Assembly: GCA_963662715.1 (NCBI GenBank)
Contig: OY759724.1
Location: forward strand, 1,980,001-2,012,000
Direction of reading: 5' to 3'
Length of the DNA: 32,000 bases
Source of the DNA: Candidatus Omnitrophota bacterium
GTDB lineage: Bacteria; Omnitrophota; Gorgyraeia; Zapsychrales; JANLHA01
Part shown: in pieces, positions 7,454-16,621 of the stretch
Layout: the number at the start of each line of letters is the position of its first letter
Numbering within the stretch: the stretch's first letter is position 1
The notes under the pieces: model-generated
Told to the model about the DNA's origin: nothing
The model's input: only the letters and a program-made list of their open reading frames with translations
The model's database searches: none
Translations under genes and position numbers: made by a program

Positions 7454-8173
7454 ATGGAAGGACCTTTAACGTTGATCATGCCGGTTTTCAATGAAGCCGA
7501 AACCATAGAGAAGGTGATCCGTGATACTTACGGAGAAGTGAGCCGCTGGCAGACGGCGGTGAACTTCATTATTGCGGAAGACGGCAGTCAGGACGGGACA
7601 AAGGAAATATTATATGAACTTCAAAAGGATATCCCTTTCACCTTGGTAAGTTCGCAGGAACGTAAAGGCTATACCCGGGCCTTCAAGGATGCCCTGGCTT
7701 TGGCCGGGACCCCCTGGGTCCTTTTCAGCGACTCGGACGGGCAGCACGACCCCCGGGACATGAAGAAGCTCGTTGATGCCGCGGAAGGGTATGATATCGT
7801 CAGCGGATGCAAGACCCCGCGGCATGACCCTCCGCACCGGCTGATGTTATCGTTTTTTTATAATTCTTTTATTCATGTGCTGTTTGGCCTGAAAATGAAA
7901 GACTGCAATTCCGGTTTTAAGCTCATCCGGAAATCCGTTATCGATCAGGTTCTCCCGCAGCTTCAGGATATGCGGGATTGTATTATGTCAGAATTTATCT
8001 TGAGGGCCTATTTATTAGGTTTTAGAATTAGGGAAATCCCCGTAACGCATTATGCCCGGCCTTTCGGGCAGACGGCTATTTTTCAACTGAAACAGTTGCC
8101 GGGTATCATCTGGGGGCTGCTTAAGGCCTTGGTTCATATTAAACGGGAAGATCAAAGAAGAAAAGCGATATGA
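7454..8173 (+). CDS. Second GT2 glycosyltransferase, polyprenyl-phosphate sugar synthase-like
   Basis: AGGAGA RBS. LTLIMPVFNE...IIAEDGSQDGT...RKGYTRAF...LFSDSDGQHD (DxD). Its length and layout match 5430-6173, but the sequence is clearly divergent. Confidence 0.85.
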   Translation: MEGPLTLIMPVFNEAETIEKVIRDTYGEVSRWQTAVNFIIAEDGSQDGTKEILYELQKDIPFTLVSSQERKGYTRAFKDALALAGTPWVLFSDSDGQHDPRDMKKLVDAAEGYDIVSGCKTPRHDPPHRLMLSFFYNSFIHVLFGLKMKDCNSGFKLIRKSVIDQVLPQLQDMRDCIMSEFILRAYLLGFRIREIPVTHYARPFGQTAIFQLKQLPGIIWGLLKALVHIKREDQRRKAI

Positions 8174-9495
8174 AGATCCTTATATTAGGCGCGGGGCTCG
8201 CCGGTTTAGAGTGCGGGCGGCAGCTCCGTCAGCGGGGGTGTGATTTTGCAATTCTTGAAAAAGAGTCGCAGATCGGCGGCCTCGCCAGGACCAACAAGAC
8301 GGGGGATTATGCCTGGGACTTCGGCGTGCATGCTCTTTACAGCCGGCATCCTCATATGACCCGGTATCTGCACAGCCTGCCGTTGGACTACGTTCCGTCG
8401 GAACGGAGAGTTTCCATTTATCATACATCAGGCAGAAACGCGCCCCCGTATTTGATTAACTATCCTTTTGAGGAAGGCATCAAGGGCCTGCCCTGGAAGG
8501 ACCGCTGGGAATGCATCGGCGGATATTTCATTTCGAAATTTCGGCATCAATCCGAATATTGTCATTTGCAGGATTGGATCGATCACGGGCTGGGCTTCGG
8601 GATCGCCAAGCATTTTATGACGCCCTACAACCGGAAAATCTGGAACTGTCCCCTTGAGGACATTTCCATGGATTTGGTCAATGCGAAGATTCATCCCGCT
8701 TCACTCAAGAATTTTCTTATGGCCGCTTTCGGCAGGGAGGTTATCGGGCGAATCTATCAATGGAAATTTGTTTATCCCCGCAGGGGCATTCAGGCCTTAA
8801 TGGATTACACGGCGCAAGACATCCGCGATAAGATACGGGTCAAAAAGCAGGTGGAGAAAATAAGACGGCAGGGTACGGGCTGGGAGGTTTTAACGACCGA
8901 CGGGGATATTGAGAAGGCGGATAGGGTGATTTCTACGATCCCTTTGGTGGAATTATTGAAAATGGTTGAAATGGAAGGCCTGCACAAGAGTTTTTCTCAG
9001 CTGAAATGGAATGACACGTATTTCATTCTTGTCGGATTAAGAAAGGGATGCCGGTTTTCATTGCTGAACGACTGCCACTGGGCTTTTTTTAAAGAGCAGG
9101 AAATTTTCTACCGGATCACGATGATGCATAATTTCAGTGAGGAGTTTTTGCCCGCCTTGGTTGCGGAGGTGACAAATAAGGAAGCCGTCCGGCAGATGTC
9201 CCCGGAACAAATACAGGCCGGGGTCCTCAAGGACTTGACGCGTTTGAACATTATCAAGAACTCCCGGGATGTCGCTGTCACGGACATACGATACGTTCCT
9301 TATACGTACCCTATCCCTACGGTCGATCTGGATTCCGTCAAGGATACGATCACCCGGCGACTGGAAAGGGAAAATATATTGCTTGTCGGACGAAACGGGC
9401 GCTGGGATTACCTGAACATGGACGGGATACTCCGGTCCGTTTCCGAATTTATCCGGGGCTATTTTGGTGATGAGCCGGACGGCCCGCCGCTTTAG
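8170..9495 (+). CDS. FAD-dependent oxidoreductase, UDP-galactopyranose mutase-like
   Basis: ATGA start/stop overlap with the upstream GT2. Rossmann motif KILILGAGLAGL...ILEKESQIGG. FMTPYNRKIWNCP resembles the Glf Y(T/N)xKxW motif. C-terminal LLVGRNGRWDYLNMDGIL resembles the Glf GRLaeYkYyDMd motif. The fold is confident; the exact chemistry is not. Confidence 0.8.
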   Translation: MKILILGAGLAGLECGRQLRQRGCDFAILEKESQIGGLARTNKTGDYAWDFGVHALYSRHPHMTRYLHSLPLDYVPSERRVSIYHTSGRNAPPYLINYPFEEGIKGLPWKDRWECIGGYFISKFRHQSEYCHLQDWIDHGLGFGIAKHFMTPYNRKIWNCPLEDISMDLVNAKIHPASLKNFLMAAFGREVIGRIYQWKFVYPRRGIQALMDYTAQDIRDKIRVKKQVEKIRRQGTGWEVLTTDGDIEKADRVISTIPLVELLKMVEMEGLHKSFSQLKWNDTYFILVGLRKGCRFSLLNDCHWAFFKEQEIFYRITMMHNFSEEFLPALVAEVTNKEAVRQMSPEQIQAGVLKDLTRLNIIKNSRDVAVTDIRYVPYTYPIPTVDLDSVKDTITRRLERENILLVGRNGRWDYLNMDGILRSVSEFIRGYFGDEPDGPPL

Positions 9496-9636
9496 GGCCG
9501 GTTTATCTCCAGGGCGCTGGCTTTTATAACAGTCCCCCCAGGAGGGCGGAAGGGGGGGAACGGACACGGGCAGCGACTGGCCGTGTGTTTGTGAAATCAA
9601 TGAATGGATACATTGCTTCTGTAAGATCTCTCCTTT

Positions 9637-11298
9637 ATGAAAATTCAATTAAGAAAAATATCCCCTGGGGCTGTCTGTCACAATGAATGTTTCCCCGCTG
9701 TTCTGTTTGTGATCTTTTTTGTCTTGAGCTGGCTGTTCATGCAGCACACTTTCAGTTATAAAGACGATACATTTTTCCTGAGACATAAAGTCTGGAGCGA
9801 TTTCGGGGCGCATATCCCTCTCATCAGATCTTTTTCCATGGGAGATAATTTCTCCCTCGAACACCCCCTGTTCCCGGGAGACCGGATGCGCTATCATTTC
9901 CTTTTTTATTCCTGGGTCGGACTTCTTGAGCAATGGGGGCTTAATATCGCTGTGGCTCTTAACCTGCTCAGCGCCTTTGGTTTGGCTTTGTTGATGTGGC
10001 TCATCTTTCGTCTGAGTGAAAAGATGTTCACCAGCCGTTTAGCCGGGCTGCTCGCGGTCCTGCTTTTTCTTTTTAACGGATCCCTGTCCTGCCTGTTTTT
10101 CTTCCAGAAACATCCCTTGCACTGGAGTTCCTGGCAGGACATTATCACGGCAGACTCTTTTGCTTCGTTTGGGCCCTGGAACGGGATCGTAAGTATTTTC
10201 TGGACCCTGAATATCTACACCAATCAGCGGCATTTGGCTTTAAGTTATGCCGTGATCCTTTTATGTTTGTGGCCGCTGATGACCCTGGCTTTTGAAGGGA
10301 GAAAGATATCCTTAAGGAATAAGATCGCGATCGGCATGGTCGCGGCGCTTGCCCCGTTTCTTCATCATACGATTATCCCCGTTGTTTTTACATATGTTGT
10401 GATGTGGATGATATTTTGTCCCCGGATGGCAAGGGCCATAGGCCCTTATTATCTGTTCATGTTCCTTTGCGCGGTCCCGGCATTATGGTATATGAACGAC
10501 GGCTCTTCCGTTGATTTTGTCTATTCCCCGGGGTTTGTTCAGCAGCCCAAAAACTGGGTGGAGTGGGCGGAATACTGGATGTATAATCTGGGGCTTTATA
10601 CCGTTCTCATACCCTTTGTCTTTATATGGGCGAAGAAAGGGGGCCGCGTCTGGCTGGCTTCGTCTTTCATCCTTTTTATTGTCAGCAATATCTGGCGGTT
10701 TTCTCCGGACATGTTTAATAATCACAAGCTGATCAATTTCTTTATGATTTCTGTGCAGATTGTCGTTGCCGGATTTCTTGCGCAATGGCTGCGGAAACCC
10801 GGTCTTTTCCGGGCAGGAGCCGTGGCGTTTTTGCTGACTTTGACTTTTTCCGGAGTGATTGATTTTTTCCCGATCCTGAATGACGGCCGGGGGGCCCTGC
10901 GGGACTTCCGCAGATCGCCCGCAGCTGTCTGGATTCAGGAGAATACGTCTCCGCAGTCCGTGTATTTATGTACGAACGGGATGAACTCTCCCCCTTCGTT
11001 CCTGGGGCGCCGGATTTATATGGGGTACGTTTATTTTCCCTGGTCCGCCGGCTTTCCCGCCTATGAAAGACTCCGGGCGATTGAACCCGTTTTTCATGAG
11101 GATACGGACCAGGAATCGGTTTGCCGGCTGCTTCAGCAGGAGCATATCGATTATATTGTCGTCGAACCCGGCACCGATGCCTGGCCGGAGATCGATATCC
11201 ATGACAGTCTGTTATTAAAGACATGGACGCCAATCTTCAAAACAGATGATCGCTACAAGATTTATTCTGTCAAGGAGGAATGTGCTGAGACACGTTAA
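9637..11298 (+). CDS. Large polytopic membrane protein, GT-C-like glycosyltransferase candidate
   Basis: 553 aa with more than 10 hydrophobic helices. The first predicted loop is acidic (YKDDTFF...WSDFGAHIPLIRSFSMGDNFSLEHPLFPG). A roughly 120-aa soluble C-terminal domain follows. No family was recognised by eye. Confidence 0.7.
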   Translation: MKIQLRKISPGAVCHNECFPAVLFVIFFVLSWLFMQHTFSYKDDTFFLRHKVWSDFGAHIPLIRSFSMGDNFSLEHPLFPGDRMRYHFLFYSWVGLLEQWGLNIAVALNLLSAFGLALLMWLIFRLSEKMFTSRLAGLLAVLLFLFNGSLSCLFFFQKHPLHWSSWQDIITADSFASFGPWNGIVSIFWTLNIYTNQRHLALSYAVILLCLWPLMTLAFEGRKISLRNKIAIGMVAALAPFLHHTIIPVVFTYVVMWMIFCPRMARAIGPYYLFMFLCAVPALWYMNDGSSVDFVYSPGFVQQPKNWVEWAEYWMYNLGLYTVLIPFVFIWAKKGGRVWLASSFILFIVSNIWRFSPDMFNNHKLINFFMISVQIVVAGFLAQWLRKPGLFRAGAVAFLLTLTFSGVIDFFPILNDGRGALRDFRRSPAAVWIQENTSPQSVYLCTNGMNSPPSFLGRRIYMGYVYFPWSAGFPAYERLRAIEPVFHEDTDQESVCRLLQQEHIDYIVVEPGTDAWPEIDIHDSLLLKTWTPIFKTDDRYKIYSVKEECAETR

Positions 11299-11302
11299 TT
11301 TT

Positions 11303-13018
11303 ATGACAAGGAAACCATTTATAACAAGTCTTTGTCTGGCCGCTATTCTTCTTGCGGCGGCTGGCTTTCGTTTTGTCGGGATCAACTGGGATTACGGATA
11401 TCAGCAGCATCCCGATGAACGCATGCTGATGCTCGTTGCGAGCCGGATCCGGTTTTTTGACAAGCTTGACCCGGATTTTTTTAATTACGGAAGTTTTCCG
11501 GTTTATTGTGTGCGCGCCGTCGCTCAATTAAGCGATGCTTTGTTTCACACCCGGTGGGCCAATTATGACGGCATGCTCTTTGTCGGCCGGGTTTTGGTTT
11601 CCCTTCTTGACATCCTGATGGTTTATTGTGTCTATCGGCTGGCCGACAAGCTTTTCCGTGTCCCGAGGCTGTCCCTTTGCGCCGCGGCGTTTTATGCTTT
11701 AAGTTTTTTCCCTATCCAGAACAGCAATTTTTATATCGTTGATAACTTTGTAAACTTTTTCCTGACATTATTATGCGGCCTTCTTCTGCTGTATTTAAAA
11801 AAGGCCTCTTTAAGCAAGGTTGCCGGCCTGGCGGCCCTGTTCGCCGTTTTATTAGCAACAAAAGTGACTCCGGTGATTTATTTACCGGTCATTCTTTTAA
11901 TGCTGTTTTTTCAGGTCCGGGGTTTTCGGTGGCATCTTTTGCGTCCGTGGTACAGGCCGTTTCAGTACCAAGTGTTGTTTGTGTTGCTTTGTCTGGCCTG
12001 CCATTTTGTCCTCATGCCGTATGCCTATATCCGGTTTGATAAGTTCTGGAGTGATATCACCTTGCAGATGCAGATGAGCCGGGACCCTTATGTGTTCCCT
12101 TACACGCTGCAATACGTGGGGACAAAGCCTTACAGCTACTATTTTATCAATATGTTCTTCTGGGGGCTGGGCCCGATGCTGTCTTCGTTTTTCCTCCTGG
12201 GGCTTTTGTCGGTTTTTCTTCCGGGTGCGCAGCAGGCGAAAAGACAGGGACGAGTGTTTGTCTTCGTCCTGGTCTATGTTTTATGGAATTTTTATTATTT
12301 TGCCGTTTTGGGCCGGTCGGCGGTCAAGTTCATGCGCTATATGCTGCCTTTATATCCTTTCGCAGCCGTGATGGCGGCGGCGGGATTTGAATGGACCTTA
12401 AGCTTATTTAAAAGAAAAAAAATGCAGGGGCTTTATTTTGTTGCCGCCTTCGGGTTCATTTTCCTATGGACCGTCTGCTTTGTTGATATTTATTCGCGTC
12501 CTCTCACCAGGATTGAAGCCTCCAAGTGGATTAACCGGCACATCCCGGCCGGAGCTGTTTTAGCGGTGGAACACTGGGACGAACGTCTGCCGTTGTTCGG
12601 TGTTGACCGGTATGTTTTCGTAGAACTGCCGCTGTACGAATATCCGGACCAGGAGAGAAAGTGGGCGGGGATGAAAGATAAACTCCGGCAAGCCGATTAT
12701 ATTATTATCGCCTCACAAAAATTGTTTGTCCCTTTGCAGAAGCTGGGAAATTGTCAGGAGGTCGCAAGGTGCTATCCGAGAAGCGGGGATTATTACAGAA
12801 AGCTCTTTGCCGGGCAGCTGGGTTTTGAGAAAGTCGCTGAGTTTACCTCTTATCCGGGATTAACGGTTTTGGGCCGGCGGTTTGACTTTCCTGATGATCA
12901 GGCCGATGAATCCTTTTCCGTTTATGATCATCCGAGGGTTTATATTTTTCAAAAGAGGGGCTTTTCCCAATCCGAACGGCAGTATCCTTTTCCCGCGGAG
13001 TCACCGGGGCGGCAGTGA
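11303..13018 (+). CDS. GT-C glycosyltransferase, ArnT/PMT (GT39/GT83)-like
   Basis: I prefer ATG 11303, 5 nt after the upstream stop. The N-terminal TM is followed by GINWDYGYQQHPDERMLMLV, placing an acidic HPDE motif in the first extracytoplasmic loop as in GT-C enzymes. About 12 helices are followed by a roughly 170-aa C-terminal soluble domain. Confidence 0.75.
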   Translation: MTRKPFITSLCLAAILLAAAGFRFVGINWDYGYQQHPDERMLMLVASRIRFFDKLDPDFFNYGSFPVYCVRAVAQLSDALFHTRWANYDGMLFVGRVLVSLLDILMVYCVYRLADKLFRVPRLSLCAAAFYALSFFPIQNSNFYIVDNFVNFFLTLLCGLLLLYLKKASLSKVAGLAALFAVLLATKVTPVIYLPVILLMLFFQVRGFRWHLLRPWYRPFQYQVLFVLLCLACHFVLMPYAYIRFDKFWSDITLQMQMSRDPYVFPYTLQYVGTKPYSYYFINMFFWGLGPMLSSFFLLGLLSVFLPGAQQAKRQGRVFVFVLVYVLWNFYYFAVLGRSAVKFMRYMLPLYPFAAVMAAAGFEWTLSLFKRKKMQGLYFVAAFGFIFLWTVCFVDIYSRPLTRIEASKWINRHIPAGAVLAVEHWDERLPLFGVDRYVFVELPLYEYPDQERKWAGMKDKLRQADYIIIASQKLFVPLQKLGNCQEVARCYPRSGDYYRKLFAGQLGFEKVAEFTSYPGLTVLGRRFDFPDDQADESFSVYDHPRVYIFQKRGFSQSERQYPFPAESPGRQ

Positions 13019-13108
13019 CCCTGCTTGGGCGTGGGGGAGGAGAGACGAGCCGGAGAAGGACGCGTACTTTTAAAATAATGATTCTGTGCGTGGGCCAGGA
13101 TCAAAATA

Positions 13109-13117
13109 TGATATAAT
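13109..13117 (+). promoter_or_regulatory. Possible extended -10 promoter (TGaTATAAT)
   Basis: TG at 13109-13110 and TATAAT at 13112-13117, in the 200-bp AT-rich gap before 13220. There is no good -35, which is acceptable for extended -10 promoters. Confidence 0.4.
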
Positions 13118-13219
13118 TCCCTAAAATTAAGGAAGAATGCCGGATTCCTAAAATTTATAAATATTTAAAGGCCGTTTCCTTGTCCCGGGTCCTCTGAGGC
13201 CGCATGTGATTTCCTGTCC

Positions 13220-14926
13220 ATGGATACAAAAAATAATATGATATGTCCTCAAAACCGGTTTTCCCTGAACAGAAATTTTCTCCTTTTTATCGGTTTTTTT
13301 ATCTTGATTATTATTGAGTTCTGTGCCTACCAGTGGCAAGGCAAGCTGTCCTTCATCGCTTCAAGGCTTTGGCTGCTGCATGGGAGCTTTTATGTCCTCT
13401 GCAGTCTCGGTGTTATAGTCAAAACCTTGAAAAAAGATTTTCAGGAAAGAAATTTCCGCGGGCTGTTAATTTTTTTCCTCTTTGGTTTGGTCCTTTTTCA
13501 TACGGTGGGTTCCCGGGGAATAACCATAAATCACGAAAGCACGCAACAGGTGGCGGACGGCTGTGGTTTCTTTAAGCAGCCGGATTTCAGCTACACCAAA
13601 ATAGGTTTTCTGGGATATCCGGCCCGTCAATATCTGCTCCTGGCCCTTCCGTCCCTGATGTTCGGCCGGAGTCTCATAACTCTCCGGTTGCCTTATGCCG
13701 CAGCCTTTTTTCTTGGGGTGATGCTGTTTTATTGCGGACTTAACCGGTATTTTGACGAAAGGAAAACAGGCCGGACCCTGCTGGCCCCGTTTGTCACCCT
13801 GTCATTGCTGTGTTTCCCCGTCCTTGTCAGTATCCTGATTTCCTTTGAACAGGCTGTCCTGCCTTTATCCTTTACTTTGCAGGCGACGGGGTGGTTTTTA
13901 TTGTGTCTGAAAACGATAACCCGTCTGCGGGCTGTTTGTCTGGCGTTCATCGGCGCCTTGTTGGCGACGGCGTACACCCCCGGGCTCGCTTCATGGGGCC
14001 TGCTTATTGTCCTGCTGGGCGTTCAAATATGGCGTGAGGGCCGATTGAAGGATTTTAACTCAACGGTCCTTTGGATAAATGTCCTGTTATTCGCTGGTCT
14101 TGTCGGAGCATTTTCGTTCTTTACGCGTATCGATCTGTTTTCCCGGGAGAGCGGATTATGGATTCCCCATTATTTGATAGGCCCCTATTTGTTGGATGTC
14201 TTCAAGGCTCTTTTTATCCCTTTCGAACAGGCCTTTCTTCCTGTTCCCGTCGTTATTTATTTCATGTTATCCTTAATGTCTGTATTCCGTCGCCGGGATT
14301 TTGCCGTATCTCTCTGGGCGATGCTGACAATTTTTCTGGCCACGCAGCTGGGAGGATTTGCCAAACCGGCACCCCCTTACAGCCTGCACAGGGCCCTGGT
14401 GATCATTCCGCCGCTTTTGACCTCTATGGCCTTGACCATAGAGTCCTGGGTGGCGGATAAAGGTGTCAGAGTGTTGAAAAGGGTCGTTTTTTTCGCCCTG
14501 TGCCTGGGGGTTTTGTTTGCCGGCAAGAATTTGTACGAAAGTTTAAAACTTTGCCGCAGCGGTCCCCGGGATGTCGTGATATTTAATGTCCTGGATGCGG
14601 TCGAGGAGTTCGGGGTTGATAAGTCCGGTAAAATGAGGATTCTTGTCGCTCCCGGCAATTTAAATTATAGCAACCTTTATGACTGCTTCAGATATTTTCT
14701 GCCGAAGTCCGAATTCTTATGGCACCCGACCACCGTTGGTAAGCTTGAGAATATGGATGCCCCTGCTTTTGTTTATCTTGATAGACCGGAGTGGCGTGCA
14801 GGAATTATGGACATGATGAAGGGAGGGCAGGGCCATTATGCCATCATTAGATTTCATTATGATAATAAAGAGATACAATTTCTCAGAATTATTTGCGTCT
14901 CGGAGAAAAACAAAGACAGAAAATGA
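13220..14926 (+). CDS. Large polytopic membrane protein, GT-C-like glycosyltransferase candidate
   Basis: 568 aa with many helices. IGFLGYPARQYLLLALPSLMFG resembles the ArnT-type first-loop/helix region. A C-terminal soluble domain of about 150 aa follows. Assignment is tentative. Confidence 0.7.
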   Translation: MDTKNNMICPQNRFSLNRNFLLFIGFFILIIIEFCAYQWQGKLSFIASRLWLLHGSFYVLCSLGVIVKTLKKDFQERNFRGLLIFFLFGLVLFHTVGSRGITINHESTQQVADGCGFFKQPDFSYTKIGFLGYPARQYLLLALPSLMFGRSLITLRLPYAAAFFLGVMLFYCGLNRYFDERKTGRTLLAPFVTLSLLCFPVLVSILISFEQAVLPLSFTLQATGWFLLCLKTITRLRAVCLAFIGALLATAYTPGLASWGLLIVLLGVQIWREGRLKDFNSTVLWINVLLFAGLVGAFSFFTRIDLFSRESGLWIPHYLIGPYLLDVFKALFIPFEQAFLPVPVVIYFMLSLMSVFRRRDFAVSLWAMLTIFLATQLGGFAKPAPPYSLHRALVIIPPLLTSMALTIESWVADKGVRVLKRVVFFALCLGVLFAGKNLYESLKLCRSGPRDVVIFNVLDAVEEFGVDKSGKMRILVAPGNLNYSNLYDCFRYFLPKSEFLWHPTTVGKLENMDAPAFVYLDRPEWRAGIMDMMKGGQGHYAIIRFHYDNKEIQFLRIICVSEKNKDRK

Positions 14927-14956
14927 TTCCGCTGCCATGAATTTCCTGGGGGTTCT

Positions 14957-16555
14957 ATGACCCGGCTATTTATCAGTTTCCCAATGTTCCGCGGTGTTTT
15001 TCTGGGTGTGCTTCTGTCTCTGTTGTGCATCCTGAAGAAGGAATGCTTTGTCCGTATTCAGCTAATAAGAAAGATTCTTCTTGCGGCCCTTGCTTATTTA
15101 GCCATCCCTTCTCTGTTGTTTTGTTTTTCTTTGCCTCTCCCGCTTCCTCATCGCAGCGCGCTTTGTCTTCTGGTCATGTACTGCTTCTTTTCTTCCGTCC
15201 GGAAAATTAAGAACCACAGAACTTTCCCGCCGTGTGATTACGAATATAAAATAAGGCTCGATTTTTTCCTCATGGGTATTTTGTTATTGGCGTTGAATCA
15301 AGGGGCTATCTTTTTTGACCTCAGTGTGGTGGGGGACTGGCATAAACATCGCAGTGTTTTGATGAGCCTGTACGAGAATCCCTGGGACCCCTTGTTATGT
15401 ACAGGCTTTGATTGCTCCGCCCAGGTCGCTCCGGGCATGCATCTGGTTTATTATTACGCCATGTATCTTCCCGGCGTGTACGTTTGCAAATTGTTGGGAG
15501 GAATGGTTTCGTCTTTGGCCGGGCCGTCCCTTTGGAGTATCCTGTCGGTGTCTTTCCTGATCTGGAATCTTTTGGGGATGATGATTGTTTTTCTCCTGTT
15601 GCCTGTCGTGTGTCAGGTCCTGTTTAAAACAAAAGACAGGGTGTCCTGGGGGATTTTTTATCCTGTCTTAATATTTTTCGCGGGCATGGATTATTGGTTC
15701 ATCTGGATTCACAAGAAAACCTGGCTGATCGGTCATGCCGAATGGGGGGCGACGGCCTATAATGCGCAGATGAGTTCTTTTATCAGTATGTGGTCATGGG
15801 TCCCTCATCAGCTTGTTGTCGGGTTCTTAGGGATATCCCTGCTGATCTTGTTCAGCCGGAATTTTTCTTTGTTCCCTTTCTGTTTGTGGACTGTTTTCCT
15901 GCTGTCCGGGGCCAGTCTGGCCTGGATCGGCAGCATTCCGATATTGGTTTATTTTCTTGTCGTCCGGTTCCTGGACATCCGTCAGGAATTGTCCTGGGGC
16001 TGTCTGCGGAATATTTTTGCCGCGAACCTGATAAACATCCTGGCCGGACTTTTTATAACGATGACCATTTTTCTGTTTTACAGCACGAAGGTGGAGGCCG
16101 AGGGATTTGATATCTTATTAAAGAGGACAACGGTGGGGGATTTCCTGCTGTTTCATTTTATCGAATTTTATCCGACGTTTATGCTGGTTGTCGCGTATCG
16201 TCTGTTGCGCCGGACTGTCCCGCCCATTCTAGGGTTTTTATTCGGATGGATTGTCTTTATTGCCATGTTTCACGGCGGCAACTGGAATGATCTGGTGATG
16301 CGGGGAAGCCTGCCGGCGTTGTCTGTTATTATGATTTTCTGTGCTTATGCCGTTCAGGCCGTGATTCAGAAAAAACGGACCGCATCCCTTATTTTAGTGC
16401 TGCTTGTGCTCCTGCTGACCTTCCCTTTATTTTTAAATGAATATTTTGTCGCTTTGGAGGGGATGCATCCTCAGCTGGAGGAAGGCTACGCTGTTTATAT
16501 GCAGTATGCCGGAGACGGCCGTGTCCGGGGGGTTTGGAAACTGTTTAACCTGTAA
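14957..16555 (+). CDS. Large polytopic membrane protein (GT-C-like or polymerase-like), function unresolved
   Basis: 532 aa, almost entirely hydrophobic helices, with one loop reading VVGDWHKHRSVLMSLYENPWDP. No soluble domain is evident. It lies 30 nt after the previous gene on the same strand. Confidence 0.7.
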   Translation: MTRLFISFPMFRGVFLGVLLSLLCILKKECFVRIQLIRKILLAALAYLAIPSLLFCFSLPLPLPHRSALCLLVMYCFFSSVRKIKNHRTFPPCDYEYKIRLDFFLMGILLLALNQGAIFFDLSVVGDWHKHRSVLMSLYENPWDPLLCTGFDCSAQVAPGMHLVYYYAMYLPGVYVCKLLGGMVSSLAGPSLWSILSVSFLIWNLLGMMIVFLLLPVVCQVLFKTKDRVSWGIFYPVLIFFAGMDYWFIWIHKKTWLIGHAEWGATAYNAQMSSFISMWSWVPHQLVVGFLGISLLILFSRNFSLFPFCLWTVFLLSGASLAWIGSIPILVYFLVVRFLDIRQELSWGCLRNIFAANLINILAGLFITMTIFLFYSTKVEAEGFDILLKRTTVGDFLLFHFIEFYPTFMLVVAYRLLRRTVPPILGFLFGWIVFIAMFHGGNWNDLVMRGSLPALSVIMIFCAYAVQAVIQKKRTASLILVLLVLLLTFPLFLNEYFVALEGMHPQLEEGYAVYMQYAGDGRVRGVWKLFNL

Positions 16556-16621
16556 TGTGCTCCCCTTGCGGTGCAGAACCCTGAGATTGAAATCTGATGA
16601 GCGGGAGGTTGAAATCAACGC

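Noticed and set aside
9058-9648. 196-aa minus-strand ORF; similar cases at 10742-11233 and 1539-2015 on the minus strand
   Set aside because: They are fully antisense to confidently called plus-strand genes (flavoenzyme, GT-C candidate, ParA). The products are Arg/Pro-rich with no motifs, so I treat them as shadow ORFs.
16556-16621. Expected bidirectional terminator between the convergent genes 14957-16555 (+) and 16622-17659 (-)
   Set aside because: Only weak, imperfect complementarity is visible and there is no T- or A-tract, so a terminator call could not be supported.
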